The notes below the pieces were generated by a model. That model did no database searches. It saw only the letters and a program-made list of their open reading frames with translations, and had not been told where the DNA came from. A stretch of 64,000 nucleotides of DNA from Desulfotomaculaceae bacterium (GTDB taxonomy: Bacteria > Bacillota > Desulfotomaculia > Desulfotomaculales > Pelotomaculaceae): contig JAQVXL010000002.1 in NCBI GenBank assembly GCA_028709235.1, positions 9,633 to 73,632 of the forward strand, given 5' to 3'. Below are positions 49,086 to 57,113 of this stretch, in pieces (position 1 is the stretch's first letter; each line of letters opens with the position of its first letter). Made by a program: the position numbers and the translations under genes.

Positions 49086-50813
49086 TCACGCAATCTCCTC
49101 TTCCGACAACTGGGAGGAAACAATTTCACGGTAAACCCGGCATGATTCCAGCAGTTCCCTGTGCCTGCCCATACCTGCCACCCGGCCTTCTTCCAGTACG
49201 ATAATCCTGTCCGCATCCATAACCGTCCCCACCCGCTGGGCTACAATAATCACGGTGGAAGCAGCGGTCTCATTCCTGAGCGCGGCCCGCAGCCGGGCGT
49301 CAGTCTTATAGTCGAGGGCTGAAAAACTGTCGTCCAGGATATATATCCCGGGCTGGCGCACCAGGGCCCGGGCGATGGAAAGCCGCTGCTTCTGACCCCC
49401 GGACAAATTTGTCCCGCCCTGGGAGATCATCGATTCATATCCATCCTTCATCCCGGCAATGAATTCACCCGCCTGGGCGATTTCCGCCGCGTGGGCCACT
49501 TCCTGATCAGTCGCCTCAGCCTTGCCGTAACGGATGTTTTCTGAGATAGTCCCGCTGAAAAGGACAGGCTGCTGGGGCACGAACCCAATCCTGGCCCTGA
49601 GCTCTTTCTGTTTGATCTGCCGCACATCCACGCCGTCCACCAGGACTGAGCCGCCGCTGACGTCGTAAAAGCGGGGAATCAGGTTGACCAGGGTGGACTT
49701 GCCCGCGCCTGTACCGCCGATAATGGCGGTCACCTCGCCGGGGGAGGCGGTAAAAGACACATTGCTGACTGCGGGCAGCTCGGCGCCGGGATAGCTGAAA
49801 TTGACGTCCTGAAACTGGACAACACCTGTCCGGCCGCCGGTTTTAATAGTCTGGGGCGGGTCGACAATACCGGGCTCTATATCCAGCACTTCATTGATCC
49901 GGATTGCTGAAGCCTGCGCTCTCGGCAGCATCACAAACATGATCGTAACCATGACGATGGAGAACATCACCATCATCGCGTACTGGATAAAAGCCATCAT
50001 GTCGCCCACCTGCATCATGTCCTGGCTGATGCGGTGGCCGCCAAACCAGATGATGGCGACAGTGGTTAAATTCATGATCAGCATCATCAGCGGATGCATC
50101 ACCGCCATTATTTTGTTCACTCTGATGGCGTTGTCGGCCAGATCCCGGTTGGCCGCTTTAAAACGTTTATTCTCCCTGTCCAGCCTGTTGAAAGCCCGGA
50201 TCACCCTGATGCCGGTAAGGTTCTCGCGCAGGACCAGGTTGACCTGATCAAGCTTGACCTGCATGGCTTTAAACAGGGGTACGACAACCGTGGCCAGCCT
50301 GCCGATCAGGAACATCATCAGCGGCAGCGCCACAACCAGCAGCAAAGTAAGCTGTTTGTCCTTGGAATAGGCCATGATGATGCCACCCACGCTCATTATC
50401 GGCGCGTATACGATAAAGCGCAGGCCCATGATGACCAGGTTCTGCACCTGGATAATGTCGTTGGTGGTCCTGGTGATCAGGGAAGCAGTACCGATCTTGT
50501 CGAATTCATGTAGGGAGTAGCTCTCTATGCGTGAAAAAACCCTGTCGCGGACATCCCTGCCGAAGCTCATACCGATAATTGAAGAGAGGAAACTGGCGAT
50601 AATTGAACATATACTGATCACCAGAACTACTACCAGCATGTAGCTGCCGTATTTCCAGATGTAGCCGGTATCGCCCTTCATCATGCCGTTGTTGACGATT
50701 TCCGCCATCAGCGTGGGGAGAAACAGGTCCGCAATGGACTGGCCAAAAAGAACCAGTATGGCCACGACCAAGTACCAGCGATAGGGCCTTAAATGCAAGA
50801 ATAACTTTACCAT
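49086..50813 (-). CDS. ABC exporter, fused permease/ATPase (degenerate-site subunit of a heterodimer)
   Basis: GGTGAGKS, LSGGQKQR and ILDDSFS (non-canonical Walker B). Confidence 0.92.
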   Translation of the reverse strand: MVKLFLHLRPYRWYLVVAILVLFGQSIADLFLPTLMAEIVNNGMMKGDTGYIWKYGSYMLVVVLVISICSIIASFLSSIIGMSFGRDVRDRVFSRIESYSLHEFDKIGTASLITRTTNDIIQVQNLVIMGLRFIVYAPIMSVGGIIMAYSKDKQLTLLLVVALPLMMFLIGRLATVVVPLFKAMQVKLDQVNLVLRENLTGIRVIRAFNRLDRENKRFKAANRDLADNAIRVNKIMAVMHPLMMLIMNLTTVAIIWFGGHRISQDMMQVGDMMAFIQYAMMVMFSIVMVTIMFVMLPRAQASAIRINEVLDIEPGIVDPPQTIKTGGRTGVVQFQDVNFSYPGAELPAVSNVSFTASPGEVTAIIGGTGAGKSTLVNLIPRFYDVSGGSVLVDGVDVRQIKQKELRARIGFVPQQPVLFSGTISENIRYGKAEATDQEVAHAAEIAQAGEFIAGMKDGYESMISQGGTNLSGGQKQRLSIARALVRQPGIYILDDSFSALDYKTDARLRAALRNETAASTVIIVAQRVGTVMDADRIIVLEEGRVAGMGRHRELLESCRVYREIVSSQLSEEEIA

Positions 50814-50892
50814 CTATATAAATCTCCGCTTAGTGTAAATATTGGCATAACCATCATTCATTACCTGCCGGGCATAAGGACCAGACTGCCAT

Positions 50893-51327
50893 CTATAAAT
50901 TCCTCAAGATTACCATAACTCTTTTCAGCATATGATCCAGCTCTGCCAGTTCCTCATCTGAAAGCAGCCTGAGTTTGTCCATCAGCTCAATTCTCATTTC
51001 CGCAAATATCTCCCTGAGCATGTTCCGGCCTTGTTCAGTTACCTCTATGCGCACGATGCGCCGGTCATATTCGTCTGCTTTTTTAACCAGCAGGCTCTGG
51101 TGAACCAGTTTGTTAACAATGGGCGTCAGCTGTTGTTTTGATATCTGCATCTCTTGAGCCAGTTCAGACATCGACAGGGAGCCCTTCCGGTACAAGGTTG
51201 AAACCGCAAAATGTTGAACATGGCTCAGGTGGGAGCGTGTTTTCTGTTCCAACGGCCTGAAAAATTTGTCCCGCATGTAAGCCAAAAGCGTGAAAAAGTT
51301 GCCGGCAGTATTTTCTAAGTCGCTAAT
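50893..51327 (-). CDS. MarR-family regulator
   Basis: LSMSELAQEMQISKQQLTPIVNKLV...DEYDRRIVRIEVTEQG; start uncertain (a GGGGGTG RBS points to ATT 51327). Confidence 0.88.
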   Translation of the reverse strand: MSDLENTAGNFFTLLAYMRDKFFRPLEQKTRSHLSHVQHFAVSTLYRKGSLSMSELAQEMQISKQQLTPIVNKLVHQSLLVKKADEYDRRIVRIEVTEQGRNMLREIFAEMRIELMDKLRLLSDEELAELDHMLKRVMVILRNL

Positions 51328-51375
51328 TTTAACACCCCCATGACAGTTTATTACCAGTAGCAACAGTATATTATA

Positions 51376-51417
51376 AACGCCCTTAATAGTAAACAACTAT
51401 TTACTATTAAGGGCGTT
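51376..51417 (-). terminator. Long hairpin after the CoA-transferase gene
   Basis: 18-bp inverted repeat aacgcccttaatagtaaa / tttactattaagggcgtt. Confidence 0.6.
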
Positions 51418-51447
51418 GTGTTTTTTTACGTCAAAAACAGCTTTTAT

Positions 51448-53007
51448 TTAGTGCGATTCAACCATTTGCTTGAGTTTCCCCCACTGTGGCTCAAATATTT
51501 CCTGGGGCATTTCTTTTAAATTGGGAGAAATCCTGGGTCTGAAATCCATAATGGCCAGAATGTCTTTTTCCAAGTCGAGACCGGGCGCAATTTCGATCAG
51601 GGTTACCTCGCCGTCTTCCAGGGCGAAGACAGCGCGCTCGGTGACATAGAGTATTTTCTGTTTGTTTTTCTGGGAGTTCTTACCGCTGAAGGTAACCTGG
51701 GTAACTTTTTGCACAAATTTTTTAATATTGCCCTCTTTCACAATATGGATCCGGCCGTCCTTGACCTCGTATTCCGCACCGGCGGTCATGGTACCGACAA
51801 AAACCACTTTCTTGGCGGTCGATGAGATATTGACATAGCCACCCGGCCCTACAACTTTGGTGCCAAACTTACTGACATTTGTGTTGCCTTCCTGGTCAAC
51901 CTGGGCAGTTCCTAAAAAACATATGTCAAGCCCGCCGCCGTCATAAAAGTCAAACATGCTCGGGTGCTCAATCGTACATTCAGAGTTCCACGTGGACGGG
52001 AAATCAGGCCCTTTGGCCGGCATGCCGCCAAAGTTACCTAACTCTGTGGTGAGCGTCATCATGTCGATTACGCCTTCCTCCGCAGCAACACTGGCAACCC
52101 CGTCAGGCATACCAATACCCATGTTGACCACAGCTCCCGGCCGCAATTCCATAGCCGCCCTGCGGCCGATAATCTTGCGCTCGTCCAGAGGAAGGGGAGG
52201 TACGCTGTCCAGGGGTGTCCTGTTATCGCCGCAAAGGGCAGGATTGAGGTAGGTGACCTTCGTTTGCAGGTGATTTTCCGGTTTGCCGACAACGATGTAA
52301 TCCACCAGGACTCCCGGCACTTTTACAGTCTTGGGATGAAGCGTGCCGGGTTTGCTCACGTACTGTACCTGCGCAATCACAATACCGCCGTTGTTTTTTA
52401 CCGCAGTGGCCAATTGCAGCGCTTCCAGGAACAAACACTCTTTATCCATCGTGAAATTGCCGTTTTCGTCGCAGCTGGTGCCGCGAATAACGGCAACATC
52501 AATGGGGAAAGTTTTGTAGTACAAATACTCGTCCCCTTCGAACTCAATCACTTTCACCATATCGTCCTTGGTGATATCGTTTACCTTGCCGCCCTCCAGA
52601 CGTGGGTCGGCGTATGTGCCCAATCCCACTTTGGTGATCACGCCAACTTTTTTCCCCGCCATTTGCCGCCATAAATGGGTCATGACTCCCTGGGGGAACA
52701 GGTGACACTCAATTTTATTGTCAAGAACCAGTTTACCGTATTTGGGCGACTCGCCTATATGCCCCCCAATGTGCTTTCTAACCATGCCCTCATGAGCAAA
52801 ATGGTTGAAACCCCTTTCCTTATGGTCGCCGCAGCCGCAGCTGTGGGTGATAAATAGGTCTCTTGGATGCCCGGTGGCAAGAAAGCGCTTCTGCAGGGCA
52901 ATCGCCACTTCTTCGGCAAAGCCGCACAGACCTGCCGTGGTCCATGCTACACAGTCACCGTCCTTAATCGCCTCTACTGCTTGCTCCGGAGTAACAACTT
53001 TTGACAT
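51448..53007 (-). CDS. Family I acyl-CoA:acetate CoA-transferase (propionate CoA-transferase-like)
   Basis: PQGVMTHL, VGLGTYADPR, AVIRGT, VVNMGIGMP, LTTELG (catalytic Glu), GPGGYVNIS and YVTERAVF. Confidence 0.9.
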   Translation of the reverse strand: MSKVVTPEQAVEAIKDGDCVAWTTAGLCGFAEEVAIALQKRFLATGHPRDLFITHSCGCGDHKERGFNHFAHEGMVRKHIGGHIGESPKYGKLVLDNKIECHLFPQGVMTHLWRQMAGKKVGVITKVGLGTYADPRLEGGKVNDITKDDMVKVIEFEGDEYLYYKTFPIDVAVIRGTSCDENGNFTMDKECLFLEALQLATAVKNNGGIVIAQVQYVSKPGTLHPKTVKVPGVLVDYIVVGKPENHLQTKVTYLNPALCGDNRTPLDSVPPLPLDERKIIGRRAAMELRPGAVVNMGIGMPDGVASVAAEEGVIDMMTLTTELGNFGGMPAKGPDFPSTWNSECTIEHPSMFDFYDGGGLDICFLGTAQVDQEGNTNVSKFGTKVVGPGGYVNISSTAKKVVFVGTMTAGAEYEVKDGRIHIVKEGNIKKFVQKVTQVTFSGKNSQKNKQKILYVTERAVFALEDGEVTLIEIAPGLDLEKDILAIMDFRPRISPNLKEMPQEIFEPQWGKLKQMVESH

Positions 53008-53244
53008 TTTATTTTCCCCTTTCTTTAAATAAAAATTATCCCTAAAATAAATGAGACAACTTTAATGTTCCTCTAAACATTCAGTAAATTCTAAATTTTG
53101 ATAAAAACTTCATCATTTCCAGCCCCTGTTGAACAAGATTTCGTATATAATAAACTTATTGAAGCTTAAGAAAGACATTAAATTTATGCACCCAATATGT
53201 ACTTACTCTGATATTACTTCAAGAGTTTCGAAGGAGTGAATATT

Positions 53245-54186
53245 ATGGAAATGCATCAATTGGAATATGTGTTGGCTGTAGCAAAATACCGGAATTTCAC
53301 ACGTGCGGCAGAGCACGTCAATACATCGCAGTCTACGCTGTCACAGCAGATCAGCAAACTAGAAAATGAACTGGGTGTCAGTCTATTCGTGAGAACAACC
53401 CGCTCCGTAGAACTTAGCCCGGCAGGAGTTGATTTCATCTCTCACGCCGAGCGGATCATGTCGGAGGTAACTGATGCCCAGCGGTGCGTCAATGAATATG
53501 TGTCGGTTGAAAAAGGCGACCTTAAATTGGGGATCATACCGGTAGTCGGTCATTACCGCATTCCCAACTTGATTTCATCTTTTAAAAATAGTTTTCCCCG
53601 GGTACAATTAAGCCTGTGGGAAAAACAATGCTGCGAACTGCTTGGTATGCTGCAAAACTACGAAATTGACGCGGCTTTCGTCCACCAACTCTGCGATGAC
53701 ACCAATATCCATTTCATCCCCGTGGTAACCGACTATATGGTTATCCTCACCAATAACAGCCATCCCCTGGCGAACAATAAATCAGTAAGCCTTGATGAAC
53801 TGCGAGATGAAGATTTCATAATCCCTCCCCCCACTTCCGGATACAACCATGATTTCCAGGAAGCTTGCCACAAGGCAAGTTTCAAACCAAAGATAATACT
53901 GACCTGCTCCTCTGTAAAAACAATTCTTGGCCTGGTACGTGAGGGAGTCGGCATTGCAGCGCTTCCATCCGGTGTTTCCTACATGGATTGGGGGTTCGGC
54001 ACAAAAAACTTAATTCTGACACCAAAAATTAATTCGATTATCTACCTGGCCACAAAAAGTAAAAATTTATTTCCGACGCTCAAGGAATTTATAAGGTTTA
54101 CTGCCCGCTGGAGTAAAAACCAATCCCCCGCGAATTACTTCAAATTCATACCAATTAAATTAACCACCGCCGGTCGAAAGCTGTAG
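53245..54186 (+). CDS. LysR-family regulator, divergent from the CoA-transferase
   Basis: LEYVLAVAKYRNFTRAAEHVNTSQSTLSQQISKLENELG...LFVRTTR. Confidence 0.95.
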   Translation: MEMHQLEYVLAVAKYRNFTRAAEHVNTSQSTLSQQISKLENELGVSLFVRTTRSVELSPAGVDFISHAERIMSEVTDAQRCVNEYVSVEKGDLKLGIIPVVGHYRIPNLISSFKNSFPRVQLSLWEKQCCELLGMLQNYEIDAAFVHQLCDDTNIHFIPVVTDYMVILTNNSHPLANNKSVSLDELRDEDFIIPPPTSGYNHDFQEACHKASFKPKIILTCSSVKTILGLVREGVGIAALPSGVSYMDWGFGTKNLILTPKINSIIYLATKSKNLFPTLKEFIRFTARWSKNQSPANYFKFIPIKLTTAGRKL

Positions 54187-54252
54187 CTGCCCACCACGAA
54201 AGCGGACGAATAACGGGCCCTATTCTATGCCGGCTGGGGTTATTTATACACC

Positions 54253-54335
54253 ACAGGTGGGGGGAGATACCCCCACCTGTCCTGCTTGGAGGGTGGTTAT
54301 ACGCAGGTGGGGCATGGCATGTGCCCCACCTGCGT
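54253..54335. repeat. Pair of CAGGTGGGG...CCCCACCTG palindromes
   Basis: acaggtgggg-ggagatac-ccccacctgt and acgcaggtggggca-tggcatg-tgccccacctgcgt; related core at 25285-25314. Confidence 0.7.
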
Positions 54336-54551
54336 TTCAGTATCTCTGCCTGTGGCCATTGCCTGTTTCCATTTACTTTCTGAGGGTCTGATTTAATTTT
54401 AACGCACTATGTGAATAAGGTAAAATAACTGTTTATGATAGCTTAATTAGCCAAGCATATTTATGTTTTTATAATGGTTTTATTAGTTATGCTAATTAAT
54501 TGCGAAGGGGCTTGCATTTATTCCTTGCCGCCTTGTAATACCTGAAAAAAT

Positions 54552-54589
54552 AAACGCGAACTGCCGCAATATTAAGGCAGTTCGCGTTT
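54552..54589 (-). terminator. Intrinsic terminator facing left
   Basis: 14-bp stem aaacgcgaactgcc / ggcagttcgcgttt followed on the minus strand by attttttc. Confidence 0.75.
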
Positions 54590-54898
54590 AACATTGTATC
54601 GGGAATATGAGGTGTGAAGCCATTTCATGTACCTTACCTTCATTTCTTTGCCAGAAGCGGGGATTCTCCACCCTCCCTACTGTAATTTATTTGCTTTTAA
54701 GGGTTTTGATACTATAATACTAGACAGTGTTATCCGGAATTTACTATCTGCTTTAGCCATAGAGATTGTTTACTTCGAATGATAACGTTGAGTTATAGTA
54801 ACTGGGAGGTGGTAAGAAACGCACAGTTTTTAAAAATTAAATAGGTACCGTTTTTGACATCAACATTGTTAAAAAACTATTGCAAAAGGAGGTAAGAA

Positions 54899-55120
54899 AT
54901 GGAATCAGCAGGAGAATTAAAATTTGTCGATATAAAAGAAGGCATTGGAAGAATTGAGGACCTTTCCAAATTATATACCGATGCTTTAAGAAAAAAGGTA
55001 GAAAAGCTCGAAAGAGTAAAAGAATTAGATGTTTCAAAAGCTGTTAATATTGAAACAAGAAATACAAACCAGTATGCTAACTTATTCCTTAGTAGTTATG
55101 AACTCAACTATATCAAATAA
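54899..55120 (+). CDS. Small hypothetical protein
   Basis: Near-perfect AAGGAGGT RBS 5 nt before ATG; charged helical 73 aa. Confidence 0.55.
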   Translation: MESAGELKFVDIKEGIGRIEDLSKLYTDALRKKVEKLERVKELDVSKAVNIETRNTNQYANLFLSSYELNYIK

Positions 55121-55312
55121 TCTTGACCTTGAAACCTGATACAAATGGACTATTTTAAAGAGACTGGCGTTGCAGGCCAGTAAGAACCCTTTACAAATAT
55201 ATATTATTAACACATATGTTATACCCTTTAAAAGGGATCGTTTCAGAATATGCAACGTATCCTTTTTGACGGTCTGAGAAGGGCGGTATTGTATCACCCT
55301 TCTCTTTGTTGG

Positions 55313-56233
55313 TTAATTTAAAAATCCTTCCAGGATAGTATCCTCGGCATCTTTTTCTGAAAGACCCAGGGTCATCAGCTTGATCAACTGTTCACCGGCG
55401 ATTTTACCGATGGCGGCCTCATGCACCAGCTGTGAATCAGCATGCTGGGCGGAAATTTCCGGGATGGAGCGAACCTTCGCCCCTTGCATTATGATCGAGT
55501 CACACTGCACATGGCCCCGGCAGCGATTTAGACCGATAACACGCGGGTAGAAAATCTGCTGCGAATTATCCCTGGCCACCGAACGGGAAATAATCTGCGT
55601 GGAGGCGTCCAGGCCAATCAACTCCACCGTCATTCTGGACTCGGCAAACTGGTCCCCGTCGGTCAGCATTCGTTCAACCATATAAAGATGGCCGTTATCA
55701 TGCACGAACGCCTCTGTCTCACGCAGGGTATTGTCAACACCGCTGATCTGGACCAGTTCCATCTCAGCGTAGCCGTCTTCTTCCACTTCGACTATGGTCC
55801 TGGGGTTAAGGATTCTTTTTCCTTCGCCTTTTCCCTCGCCATAGTGCTTTTCCACATAGCGCATTCTGGCGCCCTTGCGGATGATAAAATTATGCACGCC
55901 GTCGTGCTGGGCGTTTTTATCACCCGGATTATGGATACCGCAGCCGGCAATGATGGTCACATCCGCTCCTGCGCCGATATCAAATGTATTATAAACAAGA
56001 TCGTGCAGGCCCTCAGCTGTCAGTATTACCGGGATGTGCACGCTCTCCCCCTTGGTGCCGGGTTTAACAATAATATCGATGCCGGGTTTGTCTATTTTTG
56101 TCCTGATCTCGATATTAGGAGTAACGCTGCGGTCAACACCGACCCCGTTTTTACGGATATTATACGCTCCTTTCGGGGTGCCGTGTATGTCAGCGATCAT
56201 TTCCAAAATATGTTTGTCAATATTATTAAGCAT
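55313..56233 (-). CDS. sufB: SufB/SufD-family beta-helix scaffold (minimal SUF-like system)
   Basis: GAYNIRKNG, IIAGCGIHN, HVQCDSII and LVHEAAIGKIAGEQLIKLMTLGLSEKDAE. Confidence 0.85.
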   Translation of the reverse strand: MLNNIDKHILEMIADIHGTPKGAYNIRKNGVGVDRSVTPNIEIRTKIDKPGIDIIVKPGTKGESVHIPVILTAEGLHDLVYNTFDIGAGADVTIIAGCGIHNPGDKNAQHDGVHNFIIRKGARMRYVEKHYGEGKGEGKRILNPRTIVEVEEDGYAEMELVQISGVDNTLRETEAFVHDNGHLYMVERMLTDGDQFAESRMTVELIGLDASTQIISRSVARDNSQQIFYPRVIGLNRCRGHVQCDSIIMQGAKVRSIPEISAQHADSQLVHEAAIGKIAGEQLIKLMTLGLSEKDAEDTILEGFLN

Positions 56234-56235
56234 AT

Positions 56236-56967
56236 TTATCCCACCCTTTCGTTGCAGTCCCCGCGACATGTACATGTAGCATCTTGCATGATCAGCGGCC
56301 AGACCTCTTCCTTTCGGCCCTTTTCCTTGATGCCGCCGTCGGCAACCAGGATAATCTCGTCAGCCAGGTTAATAATCCTTTCCTGATGGGATATCAAAAT
56401 AATGGTTGTGTCATACTGCTCGTGCAGGTTATTGAAGGTCTCGATCAGCCTGCTGAAGCTCCACAGATCTATGCCCGCCTCAGGCTCGTCGTAGATGGCG
56501 ACCTTCAGGTCTCTGGCCAATAGCGTGGCGATTTCGATCCGTTTCACTTCGCCCCCAGACAAACTGGTGTCAACCTCCCTGCCGATATAGTCCTGGGGAC
56601 AGAGCCCCACGCTGTAAAGATAATTGCAATCCTCACAGGTCCTGTTTTTACCACACGCTATCTCCAGCATTTTACCGACAGTTAAACCTTTGAAACGGGG
56701 CGGCTGCTGGAAAGCATAGCCGACTCCCAAGCAAGCCCGTTCGGTAATGCTGAGTGACGTGATATCCTGACCATTTAACAGGATCTTACCGGCAGCAGCC
56801 GGGTAAATGCCCATAATAGCCTTGGCCAGGGTTGATTTACCGCCGCCGTTCGGCCCGGTGAAAACATACAGCAGATGGTCTTCCAGTGTTAGATTTATAT
56901 TCCGCAGGATCTCAACAGGCCCGTTTCTCCCCTCCAGGGATACGGAGAGGTCCTTGATTTCCAACAT
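56236..56967 (-). CDS. sufC: SufC-like ABC ATPase
   Basis: GPNGGGKSTLAK, GYAFQQP, SLSGGEVKRIEIA and YDEPEAGID. Confidence 0.88.
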   Translation of the reverse strand: MLEIKDLSVSLEGRNGPVEILRNINLTLEDHLLYVFTGPNGGGKSTLAKAIMGIYPAAAGKILLNGQDITSLSITERACLGVGYAFQQPPRFKGLTVGKMLEIACGKNRTCEDCNYLYSVGLCPQDYIGREVDTSLSGGEVKRIEIATLLARDLKVAIYDEPEAGIDLWSFSRLIETFNNLHEQYDTTIILISHQERIINLADEIILVADGGIKEKGRKEEVWPLIMQDATCTCRGDCNERVG

Positions 56968-57113
56968 GAACATCACCTCGATATTTTAGACGTTACTTAT
57001 GGGTATTATGATAACAACAAACATTTTCTAATCTATTAAGAAACTATTAAAAAATACTAAAACCACCCGGCCGGGTGGTTTAAACTGCAAATGTTTGCCA
57101 GTATCGGGTACGG

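Noticed and set aside
55688-56386. 232-aa + strand ORF
   Set aside because: Antisense shadow of sufB/sufC.
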